Origin: Phallusia mammillata
Taxonomy: Eukaryota
NCBI GenBank assembly: GCA_965637545.1
Contig: OZ281496.1
Location: forward strand, 7,316,001-7,380,000
Direction: 5' to 3'
Length of the DNA: 64,000 nt
Shown: positions 23,647-38,100 of the stretch, piece after piece
Layout: the number at the start of each line of letters is the position of its first letter
Numbering within the stretch: position 1 is the stretch's first letter
The notes under the pieces: generated by a model
What the model was told of the DNA's origin: nothing
The model's database searches: none
What the model saw: only the letters and a program-made list of their open reading frames with translations
Program-made: the position numbers and the translations under genes

Positions 23647-25922
23647 TCAGTGGGGAAATCCGCCGAAAGTTGAATCACCAGCACCGTTGCCCGCATGTCA
23701 GCTTTGTAGTAGGGGATCGCCAGATCGACCAGTATCAGTTAAGACATAGATCAATATGCTGACCAGCGATCACGGTACACTTATATAGAAATTTTAGTGG
23801 CGTATGATTTCAATTTGTCTTATGATATTGCCAACGCGCAATGTGCCGAGAACTGCTCCCTCTGACAAGACATGCTTTGCCAGTAAATTACCGAATCACA
23901 CTTTCTCATGCGAAACTGTCGTTTGTAAATTTCAATCTATTCTGAAATTTTCTGCTCGTGGGTTGATTTTTTGGTTCATGCGGCATACCATGCAAGTATC
24001 AAAAAAACATCCAAAATCTACTCGATTGCATTTCGCAAATAGTGTATTAATTATGTAACCAAACAGAAATTACCATCTGATTTCTCCTCTTAATGTTTTA
24101 AGTTGATTTTCACTTTGTATTTTTATTGACTTTCCATACGTTTATATTTAACATTGTTTTTACTTCAAAAAATTTTTTAAAATGCACACTTCGTCTGTAT
24201 TTAACTTAATATATGTTTGCATTTGCGTTTCGCCTTATTTTTTGACGATACGTTCTAACGTACCGCTAGATGTGTCTGCTTGTTTAATTACTGTCTCGCA
24301 CTAATGATTTGGACGTCGACGTGTCGAGCGTGGACAATTGTGAGATCATGTAAGACGCTGCTCCCATGTGAGACAAGAGGCAGTTCTCGCTTGGATCTCG
24401 TGGTGTTTGGAGTGTAGTTGACAAACGTGGCGGTGTGTCCCGTTGTTTCGTACCGGAAGCAGGGCTGCTCTAAAATGCGCAATCTGCTTCTAAATCTAGT
24501 GAACATGTTGACGGTTAAGCTATTAGGGTCAGGCCACGTAATGCAAATAACTTTATAATTCAATCTCAGATACTCTTTTGCACCTACATTTCTTACAAGT
24601 GTAAACACGCAGTACCATAAGGTGTTTAGTGCCACCCTCAACACAAAGAACACTAGGCCAAAAATGGGTGTCTAAAATTAAATTATAGTGTTATTGTTGT
24701 TATAAACTCTTACCCAGACCCTAAAAGCCCTAACCGTAGATTGCGTATTTTAGTGGAGTCCTTGGAAGCCGCACATTCGCAAGCCTTTAGAGCAGGGAAT
24801 CTTGGTAATTACCAAGTTAGGGGCGGTGATCCTGCTATAATCTTGGATAGGTATACGTATATTATTTAGTAACAGTTAACGACGTCGCCTTTTCCAAAAA
24901 TCACAGACCTAATTCAACATCAACTAACTAATTTCGGTTTCCGTTATTGTTACTTGGACAAGTTGAAATTTACAATTTGATCAACTTGTAAGAATACTGA
25001 GAGCTAAACATCCAGTCCGTTATTGCTACTTAGTCTGCTACTTAGTAAGTCCTAATTTCCAACTTGATTACTTTCTAAGTATACCGAGTGGTAAAATATT
25101 ACTAATTTAGAAACAAATCTAATGCACTTTTGAGTGATACAATTGTAATAACACCAGCCCATAGTCAGTGCCGAATGCCTCATTTTTCGTCTGGAAATCG
25201 TGCAATATCTTTTACTAAAACTATGTTGGTAATAATGCATTTGGGATCACGTCACTCATTAATTTATTATTTAGAAATGCACATTAATAAAACAACGAGG
25301 TTGTTATCAATATTTATCGTTGGTGATAACAGGGCTTTAAATCTCGCCATATTTACTTACATAAAAGAGCATGTAAAACACTTTCTGTTTAGGCTGCCAT
25401 CTGGCAATACATTCGTTTTATTGGTTTACCATATAATACACAATGTAATTAAGGGAGAAAGGAAATTAACGGATCTGTTATGTTGGCTGAACTGGAAAAC
25501 GAAACTGTCCCAAAATTACAACAAATGCACATAGTATAAAGTGTAGAAAGGAATGTTAGATGTCATTGATGTACCTTGGCTTCACCTGTTTTATTGACAG
25601 AAAATTACCAGAAGAGATGAACGGGACAATTGGCGAATCATGATTAAACGCGTCTATATATAGCTCACTTGATGTACAGCACTTTCAGTTTAGGCTGACA
25701 CATGTCAATAAACTCGTTTGTAGTAAGGGAATGGAGAAAATGAACTGAGCAAGGTGTCGGTAAGTTGTACATCCAAATGTCATGTAGTGTATATTAGTCT
25801 GATATGTGCGTGTTTGCATGTGCATGTTTTTACGGGTGTGTAGGTGTGTGAGAATTAATTTGATTTTTATGATTTCAACTGTTATATCCTGCATTAATGG
25901 TCCAAAGTTGTGTGTTTTATAG

Positions 25923-28900
25923 AACCTGACAAAGGGCTTCCGGGAGAGAAGAGTAAAAATTCATCTAAGAAACAAGAAACGTCAACTTTGACTGTGGTTT
26001 TAATTTCCGCAGTGGGTATTCTGGCTGCTTTGGGACTATGTTTTGGAGTCCTCAATTTCTTAGACACACAGGTGAGTGATATTTGCTAAAAAATATACTC
26101 AAAATTACCAAATCTTGTGTTAATTCTTTTGTTTTAGAATCAAAATGAAGAAATCTATCCAAGTAAGCCCAAGACCAAAAAATTTCAAAAAAAGAATTTT
26201 GATTTGCTGTTTTGCATGTTACCTTAGAAGTAAATTCTGGTTGAAACTTTGTAAAACTCACTGATTATGTTTAATCTTTAGTTAAATATTTTAATTTGGC
26301 AAAGAAACAGGTGCATGAACAAACGACTCGCAAATATACAATTACTGTCTATTAAATAAAGTTCGTTTGACAACTCCTGAAAGCACAGCAACATTATGAA
26401 AGTCCTAATTATGAATATTATTAATATCTTTTACTCCATAGCAATACATACAATTGGTGAAACTTTTTTTAACGCAACTGATTCTGTTGCAACAAAACCA
26501 CCACTTGGTACTTTCCCCAATCCTTCCCGTTCATGTGTTGAACTAAGAGATGCTGGCTTCAAAGATGGAATCTATGTCCTACAACCGTCACTCAAATCGT
26601 TTGAGGTTTTAAAACGAAATTTGGAGAAACTTATTTTTGAAGAAACTTATTTTTTGTAAAATACAGTTAGCAAAACAAGTTTATGTCTAAGCAATATTTG
26701 CAAATTTTTAGAAAGACAATAACCGTTCTTTTCTTTTTTCCAGGTTTACTGCGACATGATAGCTGCTGGTGGTGGATGGATTCTCGCGGCCACTGTCAAC
26801 AACATTATGCCTGAATCTGATGATCAATCATGGTTTCTTACGACGAATGATAATCACCAGAACAACTTTGGTCAAAAGTTTAATTTGTCTACATCTTGAC
26901 TATTTGATTGTTAGCCTACATGTTGTTCAATTGCAGATCACCAAAACTGGATGAACACAAATAACATATGAAAATTGCACAAGATCAGATTTCAAAAATC
27001 AAGCTTATTTTGAATATCAGGCAAACTATGTATTTAATTAGGATCTTAAGTTTATTTTACACCGGGGTATTTTTTAGGGGAAAGACATTATGTTACGTCA
27101 TGTCCCAAATCAAACACCAGTTGAGGCCAGTAGAGAGCAAAGTTTTCTGCAATATCAAACTGAAAACAGTTTTATGGGATACTATGGAGGAAACTTGCAT
27201 AGAATTTTCAACTTTCATTACCCATTGAAACAAGCTAATGGTAAGATCAAAAAGTTATGGTTTAAAAATTCGGCAGATCAATACCGTATGAATATCTGTT
27301 GCATCATCAAGTATGTCGAAGCTTTAAGTGAAATTTGTACGCAGGACATAAGCTTAACAAACCCAGCAAGTTTCAAACCTAACTTTTTGATTTGATTTTT
27401 CATAAGCATACCAATGATTAATCTTTTTTGTGCTTAAAGTTTTGTATCCTGATGTAGGTTCAATGTTGGATCGACTTGCTGCAAAATCCAAAGAAATTAC
27501 AGACTTAATTTCTGATTTCTATTTTTACGAATATGGTCCTAGCTCATATTTGCTCCATGATGAAGGACTGTTTGGAACCGAACACGGAATGAGGGTAGGT
27601 CAGAATCGTTTTCTTATTCTTGTGATAAAAGGTGTTTGTGTAGATTTTATCCAGCGCCGGTCAAAGATGCAATATAGACAACTGTCCAAATGACTATGTT
27701 GAGTATGGGTTGTATGATGGGTAGGTCAAACCTACATCAGTTATCGTTTACACTTTAGTTTTACTTTTTACTTTAAAACTAAAGATGCGGAAATGGGAAC
27801 CTGATGCAATCAAGCAGAAAGATTCATCCCTTCATTGTTTTGTTTGCTGTGTCAAACACGGAAAACTGTTTGGACGATTTCCTTTTTAAAGTACGAAAAT
27901 GTTACGGTAAAAAGTTTCAAAAATAAAAATCAAACTTTATCATTTACTACTACAGCTGTACGGTCGACGACCAGACACCGATAAAACAGTTAAATATACC
28001 GGAGACCAACGTCACAACAATTTCTCTTTATATTATGAAGCGGGTTGCAGATATGGTTTGCCTTATGCCAGCTTGTGTGATGTTTGGTTTTATGTCATCA
28101 ATAAAAAGGTCCATTGCGTTTGTTGCAAAATATATTTTTAGTTTGGCTTGTTTTTAATTTACCTAAATTTTAATTTTTGTTTTGTAGGATTGGAAATCAT
28201 CAGACTCTCTTAATGTTAAGTTTACAAATTCTTCATCCAGTAAAACCTATACTTTTGGTTGGAAAATTATACAACCAGTATCGAACACACTGTTTGGTTA
28301 CACAATGGTTTCAAGGTGAATTGATATTTGTGTGAATAAGGCAAAATAAAAGCAATGAAGTTGTGTCAACAAAATTGTTTCATTAGGAAAAATGGAAGTT
28401 TAATTAACCAAACAGAGATAAACGCAGTCACCAACAAAATGCTGGAAATCATTTCAGAGTTTGACAATTTGTGTACGTTAATCGGTTATTACTCTTGGTA
28501 CATGCAGTTCTTTCAAACTTTAATCGGTTGTTGTTTCAGATCCGGACTGCACTTATGATGATGACGTACTTTCAGTACCAGTTCAATTTTCCATAGGAAA
28601 CAATTCAGTGGTTAACTCGATGCTGCCACCAAGTGTAAAACCTTTACCGACCGGTTTTGTTCAGTTTCGTGCTTATGGAAGAACTGGGAGCGTCTACGCA
28701 ATGTGTCCTGCCATTAAGTAAGTAAGACTGGTGTATATATAATGATTTGTACTAAGATAGAGCAGGAGTACAGAAAACCTTGTTCGCTCTGTAATGTCTT
28801 TGTAACAGCTATTGTTTATTGTTTTCGTAGGGTAAACCATTGGCGAAGCGAATACGTGTGTATTGGAGGAATGAAAAACCCAGACTTTCGATATTATGAT

Positions 28901-29093
28901 GACTGCAGTGATTTTACAAGTAATTATACAAGTTATTTTTTTTGGACATATTTACGTACTAGTTTGTAAAACATTTTTGTATTAAACAGACTGGGACGGA
29001 TTGTCGAAAACCTTGTTGCACGAAACAACTCCAGTTGATTATGCTCATTCTCAGAGAGATTTGGATTCAACAATTATGATATTTTATCGCTAA
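25923..29093 (+). pseudogene. Intelectin-like receptor copy C (TM exon to stop), frameshifted
   Basis: All exons from TM (TLTVVLISAVGILAALGLCFGVLNF) to IMIFYR-stop present; 8-nt deletion near 26962 gives TGA at 26969. Confidence 0.8.
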
Positions 29094-31233
29094 ATTTTGT
29101 CAAATTGAAGTAACACATTTGTTCAAAATATTAGTTTTAAGGATTTTATTGAAATAACTGTATATTTTGGTTATAATTTATAATTCCTGCTTATGTGTTG
29201 GATAATCTCGTAGAATTCATTGTTAACTCATATCTTTGTTTGTAGATATATTGTAATAATAATTACAAGATTATCTAATCAGTTAATTTGTTCATATGTA
29301 TCTGATAATCTTTTAGAAATCATTTTGACTCTTGTAGCGGTCACGTGCTTCTTTTGTAGGTGCATTGTAATCACAAATACAAGACAATAAAATCCATGTA
29401 GGCTAACCACAAAAATATGAATTTTGTTTGAGATACCTAGAATGAAATGTTTTAGGGTGGAATTCAGCAAGTTGGATTAAACCTAGATTAATTATGGGAT
29501 AATCCCTGAAAGTGGTATTTACCAACATAGATTAATCTGGGATTAAGTAAGCAAAATTTTAATCCTGCCCTACCCCAGGTTTAAGGAAGGATTAAGTTGA
29601 ATTCTGGGTTGTTTTGGGTATTTATCATTACAAAACGTCGGTTTTGTGTTTAAATTAAGCTATATTTTCATTTGTTATCCGAAAATCACAAAAAAATAAT
29701 ACTTAATAAAAAAATCGAATTAGACAAGGATATTATTGGTCGGGGCTTAATGATGCAGTAGTCGCCTTTTGTCGGTCGTGTACGGTTTGTCAATCCAGAA
29801 ATCGACCCATGAAGCTGTAAATAAAATGTGACCAATCAAATTGTTCAAATTAAATTCATGTGAAACTTGCAAAAGGCAACTTTCCTATACAACTTGAGCA
29901 AATGTCATTCTGTATAGCAATAAGCATTTGCAACTTTGTGAATTAGGAAACTATCACCATGCAATTAATCAGCCTGTAAATCAAGTTTCTTTGTCTGGGC
30001 AATTTATTGTCAGTATGCAATGAAATACATTTATCAACAGCTGGCCATAACACAAATAAAACTAAGAAAAAAAACTGACAGTTATTTTATTGCTGTATTA
30101 TTTGCCAACAGTTTTTCCGGCGCTGAGATAGGGTTCGACAATCAGTTAGTTTTAAACATTTTGTTTCCGCTGTATTTTACTGCAAGTTTTGCAACAAATC
30201 GTAGATGTTACTGATTTCATAATATTGTTACAAATGGTTAAAGCTTCACTTGCGACTTGATCATAATTTTTGGTTTACAAGAAAATGTAGCAACAAGCTT
30301 AATTCACACAGTTTTGTTATATTTTGCATTATATGCACTGTGCTGTGATTTTGATAAACCAAAAATAAGATTTTCAAAACTAAACATTCCGAGTCTTGTT
30401 GATATTCTTTCTTGAATTATCTAAAACAACAACAATATTGACGAGAGATTCACGACACCAATGCATTACATCTTATTACCTTCTGCTTCCCTCCCTCACA
30501 GTTTCGTCAGAACTTCTTGGTGTGTCTAAAGCTACGTTTCTGCATTGGAAATATATAGCAACGTATCGAATGAAGTGTTAGGGTTATATGTTATAAAAAG
30601 GGTTATAAAAAAACAACAAAGCTATAAAAAAACAAAGCCCCTGTTTTGACTTTAACTGTTACCTTGTGTTGCACAGTTTAACATTCTTACGAAACAACCA
30701 ACTACAAATCTGAAAGTTATTGGTTCAAATCTCAGTGTAGTTTTGTGTTTAGTCAAATCAAATAAAAACGTCAATGTTAAAGAAAAATTGGGTCAAGTCA
30801 GTCGAGAGAAAGCAGTAGTGATCAAATACAACAAAACAACTGATTTGTTTCGAACCTGTCGACAGTTTTGTTATCTGTGCAGCGAAGCGTTAAAGCATTT
30901 GTTCGGTAAAGAGATTTATTTCCTTGTACAATGTAGCTACAAATACGACAAATGATAGCATATGTTATGTCAAGAAACTCTGATATCATGAATTATGTCT
31001 CACAGAAAACAAAACAAGAAAATATATTTCGCTTTAAGCCATTGCATCTGTGAATTTGTTGAAAAGTTACTAAAATGCAAACTAACTTCCACCCGATTTC
31101 CATTTCTCCCATTTCTCTTTCCCTGCAACCAGTGGCAAAACAAGGGAAATCAGTAACATTATACTAATTTGTCTAAATTAGATAAGTTTGTTGCCCTATT
31201 TGCCACCGAAAGAAAACAACTTACACACTTACA

Positions 31234-31396
31234 NNNNNNNNNNNNNNNNNNNNNNNNNNNNNNNNNNNNNNNNNNNNNNNNNNNNNNNNNNNNNNNNNNN
31301 NNNNNNNNNNNNNNNNNNNNNNNNNNNNNNNNNNNNNNNNNNNNNNNNNNNNNNNNNNNNNNNNNNNNNNNNNNNNNNNNNNNNNNNNNNNNNNNN
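31234..31396. other. Assembly gap
   Basis: Run of N. Confidence 0.99.
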
Positions 31397-32669
31397 TTTT
31401 TGATTTGTTGCGACGATTCTTTATTGTTTATAACACACAGGTTTCATATTTTACAAGCGGTTTGTCGAAGTTAAGTTGAGGGTGTTATACAACTACAGTT
31501 GTAAATAAAGCGAAGGTTAATAATATTTTCCACAAAAGGTAATAAAATCGGCGTAAAAGTATTAAAACTGTGATTTCAAAAGCGTTGACTACATTACCAA
31601 TTTATTTTTGTAAGGGTATTACAGAAAACGTGAAAAATACAACTGTATGCTTGCAAAGCGCCAAAATCGGAAACTAAAGTTTTGAAACAGGAATACGTTT
31701 TAGTGAGAATATTTAGTTTAAAGTAAAAACAACTGAAAGAAACCCTGCAAAATAGAACGCAAATAGTATAGAACACACATCTTAATGACATACAGCATTT
31801 AGTTGTACTATTAATGTAAAACAGATTCTAAGATTTTAGGAAGATACGAGCGACCTAAAGAAACTGGAATAGTTGCAGAAACAAAGAGCCACCGCCCAGT
31901 TCATGTATGCAGCGAAGCGTTAAAGCCCTGCACAAACACCTAATATGGTTGTGTCCATCGCCGGGACGGTGCTTAAAATTTTCCATTACGAATCGCGAGA
32001 GAAGCAGTTTTGCCTTCAAAATAAATGTTTGAATAAAAGCGCTGTAAGGCCAACTTGACCCAACTCATGGCTTAAAACATTCCGATTTTAAGGACTTAAG
32101 TGACTCAATTTTAACCTTAATGTTATGACGTCATTCAATTGCCATTTCGACATGAATGCCTTGTTACGATGTGTAACAGTGGAGTGGAGCTGCCTGTAAA
32201 AATATTAGCAGAAAGTGATCTATCTGATCAAATAACTACCAGAGACCGCAAGTGGTTTTGTTACTTTACAAACACACTCTGAAACTCGTGTTGCTCTCAT
32301 CCATACCAATGAACGTAGGTCCTAAAAATGTTTCAAAACTGATGTACTAATAAATTGCAACAGACAAGCGGTGGCGCTACAGAGTACATCAGACGAGGTC
32401 GCAGTTACCATAGTTGAGTTGGAGCAAAAGTGTTTACAGAACTCCATCGAGTTAAAGAAAAAGGCGTTGTTTAGCAACCAGCCGTGGCGCGAGAAACAAA
32501 ATGGCGGTTTGTAGTTTGCTACAAATTTGGCTGCAAGTGCTTGATGTCAATTGAAGATGCACGAACAAGTAGTCGAGTAAAGAAATCGTGATGAAGACAA
32601 GATACGAAGTAAGTGTTTTTTTTTGTACGTATATGTGCTGGGGGCAAGTTAACAAATTGTTAGCATCGA

Positions 32670-32724
32670 AGGCCGAAAATCAACTTAGTTTGCGGCGAGG
32701 CCGAAAATCAACTTAGTTTGCGGC
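32670..32724. repeat. Two-copy 28-bp tandem repeat
   Basis: AGGCCGAAAATCAACTTAGTTTGCGGC twice. Confidence 0.9.
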
Positions 32725-35189
32725 ATGTGTGATTTAGTTGTTACTGTAATTATTGTTGTTCTTTCATTGCTGCATGGATCACCAAAAGATCATTAGTTGC
32801 ACATTTTCGCTTAATGACAGCATAAACGAGTTGCATAAAATTCCGTGTCAATGTTTGTGTTATTAAATCGGACCGTTAGGGTTGGTTTATAAAAAAAATA
32901 CACTTGGTATTTGTTTAAACCTTATGACATTGACAAGAGCGCGGTTACCTAAATTTCGCAACATTGACCATAACGCACAAAACGCAAAATTGTTAGGAAA
33001 AAAAGTGGTTTTAGTTTTGGGTTAATACCTTTTCTCGACATTTCGTTATGAGAACAAAACTAATGCTTGTTATTTGTTTAGTTAAGTAATTCAAAGCGAT
33101 GTTTTAAACTTTGCTTATGACGTTTTTTATGTTGAATCATGCTTGTTTAGGGCTGTGTTGAATATTTTCTGCTTATTGGCATTTAATTTTACCCGAATCA
33201 AGGCAAGATCACGCCAAAATTATTACCAAGCTTATCTACGGAAAAAAAACTTTCCCGCATTTGTCTACAAGTTATAAAGAATGCTGTTCGTAATGTCGTA
33301 ACAATTGCGTTTATTTAAACGGTGGATTAAGATGACTTGCCCTGATTCGTTCGCGAAATATTAATTGCAACTAACAAGACCTTATCCAGGTTTCACAGTC
33401 AATTTAATTTTATGCAAACTAATAATCTCGGTTGTACATGCAAGTGATTATTTACACTCAAACACAGATCAATGTTTCCAAAACGTCTATGTACGTTTGA
33501 AAAGCCAGTAAAAAACATTTACCATCAGCTTTGTAAAGTCGGGCAGGTTTATAAAACCTCTCGTCAGGTCGGTGTGTTTGTGTTTTTCCGCGTCCATAAG
33601 CACAAAACTGCGACAGGTAACATGAGACGAATAAATAAAAAAGGTATGGTAGATCGCTTTAACGCTTTTTTGTGCGTAAAGTTAAAAGTTTCTGCTTTTC
33701 GAATGCAGCTTTGAACTCATACTTTGTTTACCACACTGGAAAAACTTGTTTTCATCTAGGTTTCAAAAATTACGATCTAACTTGTTGATTCCCAATTTTA
33801 ACAAAAATCCAAAACTCCCTGCAGCCTGAATTCCACATTGCCCCACTACTTTGACACACTAAGAGTTCAAAAAACCTATGTTGACAATCACTGAAATAAA
33901 AATATGGTAATGTATGTGTTTGAGTTAGTAAATATTTTTTTTATAAAACCAACTCACACAAATCGCCTCGCAACACACACTAGTACACGAAAATATGGTA
34001 ATGGTTAAAACAGCGTTTCTCTTTGTACTTAGTTTTGCGGCTCTCGACAGTAAAAACCTTGACATTTTTGATCACCTTGGTTGTTTTGGCTTCGTTACTA
34101 CTGTTTTAAAACTTTCATGGTGGTAACGGAATTTGATTAGTAACAGAATTACTGACATCATAAATTTTGCAGATAAGAAAGTATAACTTATATTATCTTG
34201 ATGCTGATCTCCACGACAACAACTACGGCAGGATAAGAGACCCAAGCCACGTGTAAAGCACTCGAATACATACGCACTGTGTTGGAGATTAACCGATGAC
34301 TAAGGGTTTCTGTGCACGAACTTGATACAATGCGGAAAATCAAGGTATTTATTATCTCTGCGGGACCTGTGTAGTTGTGTTTGGGCTTAATGTGAAACTA
34401 TTTTTACTCTCTTTTGTGAATGGATGGATTTACAAACTTGTGTTGGAATGTCCCTCATGGAAATCCCCTTGTGTATTAAGCACACTAAAACCGCTTCACA
34501 ATATCAAATACAAAATTCCGTATCAAGTCAAGTCAAAATTTTATTTGCATTGTCACTAAATCAATTGTCATTGATGAACATTTTAGTAAAAACAGCAAGG
34601 ACACCGAAAAAAACCGTTGGTTATCGAGTCAAGTGTCCCGTTATTTGAATGATGCTTGAAGTATTGTGGGTTTTGTTCTGCCGTAGGATCGCAACCGACC
34701 GCACGAACCTGGCGGGGTACGTCCGGTTGCATAAGACGGTGGTTGAACCCGCGGGTTCTGCTGGCCAAATGAAACCCGCCTAAACGGAAACACCAGCTCG
34801 GTTCCTCGGAACGTTTCCTGAGATCCCGTAGGCAGACCCGGGTGTCCCAAAGACAGTTCGTTGCGATGGAAGTTGGTTCTGAAGTGTCCGTCGCTTATCT
34901 CCTCTGCTTCCTAGGTTTCGTAGGATCGATGGCGGGGATCTCCGATGTTGAACGGTGTGGAAGTAGAAGGTGATGACTGTTCTCGTCCCAGGTGGCAGAT
35001 CTGAAAAAGTCAAATCCTACGGCAGTACTTTGCCCTTTTATGTGTGACTACGTAATGTTGTTTATGCACAAAATAAACAAATATTAAAAAGCGATAACAA
35101 AAAAATAACACTGGAATAAAACTGTGGGAAAGGAAATAAAAACAAAAAATCAGAGTATGTGGAGAAGGAAAAGGAAACAAGGCTATAAA

Positions 35190-38100
35190 TTAATTGTTTA
35201 GGGGGGGCTGGGGGCCTGGACTTCGAGATGTATTAGTTCGAGATTGATGGTATTGCATCAGTAGATGCGAACGGTATTTTTTCCTAAAGGAGGAGCGTGT
35301 GAGCGACTTTGTGACGTGTGGTATTTCTTCCCATACTTTTGGACCTCGATAGCAAATTGACCTTGAGCCAACGGCGGTGTTTGCGCGGGGATAAAAATAA
35401 TTCTGACTGTCGGCCCTTCTGGTGTTGTGAGCATGGACTGACGAAATAGGTGTAAACAGGGTGTTGTATGTGGAAGGTAGTGCACCAGAATGAAACGCGT
35501 GAACCAGTTTGGCTAATTCTAGTTTATAGATGTCTCTAATTTTCAGAAGGCGCATATGGTAGTATATGGGGGTGGCGCGACATCGGTAGGTACTCCGAGT
35601 AATAGCTCGCAAGATTTTATTGTGTTTAATGTTGAGGTTATGCAGTGATGCGGTGCAGCCACTGCCCCAAGCGGCGACGGCATATTGCAGATGGGAGTAT
35701 GCAAATGAGTAATAAATAATTCGGAGAAACTTTTCTCCAAGGTAATCGCGAAGCTTATACACTATACCGCAAGCTTGAGCCAATTTTCTTTCGACATACG
35801 TTATATGGTGTTTCCAATTTAACTGATCGTCGATGTATACTCCCAGGTATTTTGTTTTCGTCGATCGCTGTACTTGTTGCGATCCCATGAATATGGAAAA
35901 CTTGTCGGAAAAAGAACGCTTGCTAGGACGAAACAGTAGGTACGTTGTTTTACTGGTGTTTAGTGATAATTTGTTGTGTCGCATCCAATTGTCCACGTGT
36001 GTGAGTTCCTTGTTTACGTTTTCCTGCAGATCAGTTAAAGACTCTGATGACATGCAAAGGCACGTGTCATCCGCAAATAATTTGGTTGTGAATTGGGATG
36101 CAGTGGGGAGGTCATTAATATAAAGGGAAAACAGAAGAGGAGCCAAGGAGGAACCTTGAGGACAACCGCACGTAACGTATTGAAATTGTGATGTTACATG
36201 TGATATGCGTGTGCATTGCCTGCGGTTACGTAAGTAGCTACATAGTAATTGTAAGGGGCCTCCCCGTATTCCATACAGGTGCTCCAACTTCCACAACAAA
36301 ACCTTGTGATCGACGGTGTCAAACGCTTTTGATAAGTCCAGGAAAATAGCGCATGTATATTTCTTCTGGTCAAGGGCGGCTAACACTCTTTCGTGGATGT
36401 CGTAAATTGCCAGGGAGGTGGACCGATTGCATCGAAAACCATACTGGTGAGTTGTAAACATTCCATTTTTTTCAACGTAGTCATACAAACGTTGATACAT
36501 AATTTTTTCAAATATCTTAGCAAATGGGGATAGCAGTGAAACTGGCCTGTAGTTAGTGCATTCAACTTGTGAACCTGATTTATAAATTGGTATCACTTCC
36601 GCAACTTTAAGTTCATCGGGGTATTCCCCATTTTGTATACACCAGTTAAAAATCTCTGAGAGCATAGGTGAAATAATGCTTTTAACCATTTTAATGTATT
36701 TAATAGGAATTTCATAACTTGGCACAGATTTTTGACTGTCAAGTGTGGATATATACATTTCCACCTCATCTGGGGTAGTGTCAAAGAAGAAGAAGGATGA
36801 TGGCTGTGCGGTGTAGGCACTGGTCGGTGGTGGCATTACTGGTTGTGGAATAGACGAAGCCATATTTGCTCCGATGTTAGCAAAGAACTGATTAAAGTTG
36901 CTGGCAATTGTAACTGGGTCTGTGGTGCAATGTGCTACACCATCTAGTTTAAGTTCTGCTGGGGCATTGTGTGGAGTTTGTTTTCGTGACAACAATCTAT
37001 TGACTATTTTCCACATTCCCCCTATATCATTTCTATGATCGGTTAATTGCTTTTCAATGTATTTATGTTTAGCTTCTCTCAGAATGTGGTTTAGCTTGTT
37101 CCGATACTGTTTATATTGGTTATGTTTACTTGTACTTGCAAACCCCGACCTACATAAAGCATGATACATTTTGTTTTTCGTTTTGATTGACTTATAAATA
37201 CCCTTGCTTATCCAAGGTTTTTTGGCCAATTTCCTTCTTCTTCTAGTCATTGTGGTAAGTGGTGCATGTTGCTGGAGTATCTTGTGAAAATAATGGTTGA
37301 GTAAAGTGAATTTGTGCAATATAGATTCAGTAGATAGAGGTATGTTGCTAACAGCACCTTTTATGTCAGAAATAAATTTTTCGCGATGAAACATGGTCTC
37401 ATTTCTACTTAGCATTTTTTCTGTTTTATCATAGCAAGTTGAATGCAATAACACAAAAGTTGGCAGATGGTCAGAAATGTCTGCAGATAGTATTCCTGAT
37501 TTGCAGGAAATATTTACATTGTTTGTGTAAAAATGGTCAATAAGAGTTTGGCTGTGGTTAGTTAAACGAGTTGGTTGACATATTAAGGGTGATAGACCAT
37601 AAATTTGAATAGAATCTAAAAAGTTTTGAATACTTTTAATTTCCTTGTGTTGCATGAGATCTATGTTGAAATCACCACATATATAAACAGTCTGGTTGGT
37701 ATCACTCAGTTTATGCAATACTGATGATAGTGCATCCTGAAACTTTTCAAATGAGTGTTTAGGATGCCTGTATATTACTCCCAATATTACATTTTTTTGT
37801 TTCAATTTAAGTTGTAACCAAAGACTTTCAGTATCTGGGGCAGTAAGTGTAATATCAGATCTTATGCTATATGCAAAGTGTGATTTTATATATACTCCAA
37901 CTCCTCCAGCACTATGGGGAGTATCAACATGATAGAAGTTATATCCCATTATATCAGTAGCAGTGGTTATGCCCTTGAGAGTTATTCTAGTCTCAGTTAC
38001 CATAATAATGTCAGGGGATCTAAACATATCAGATAGCCATTGTTCTAAAGCCAGTTTGTTTTTCCTTAGACTTCGAATGTTAATGTGCATTATATAAATA

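Noticed and set aside
24270-24850. GC-richer stretch with a 121-aa minus-strand ORF, possible LTR
   Set aside because: No termini, TSD, second copy or protein motif found
34641-35030. GC-rich segment next to the LINE 3' end with a ~120-codon minus-strand frame (one stop, PPSY motif) and a short inverted repeat CTGCCGTAGGAT
   Set aside because: No family resemblance and no second copy; cannot tell exon relic from repeat
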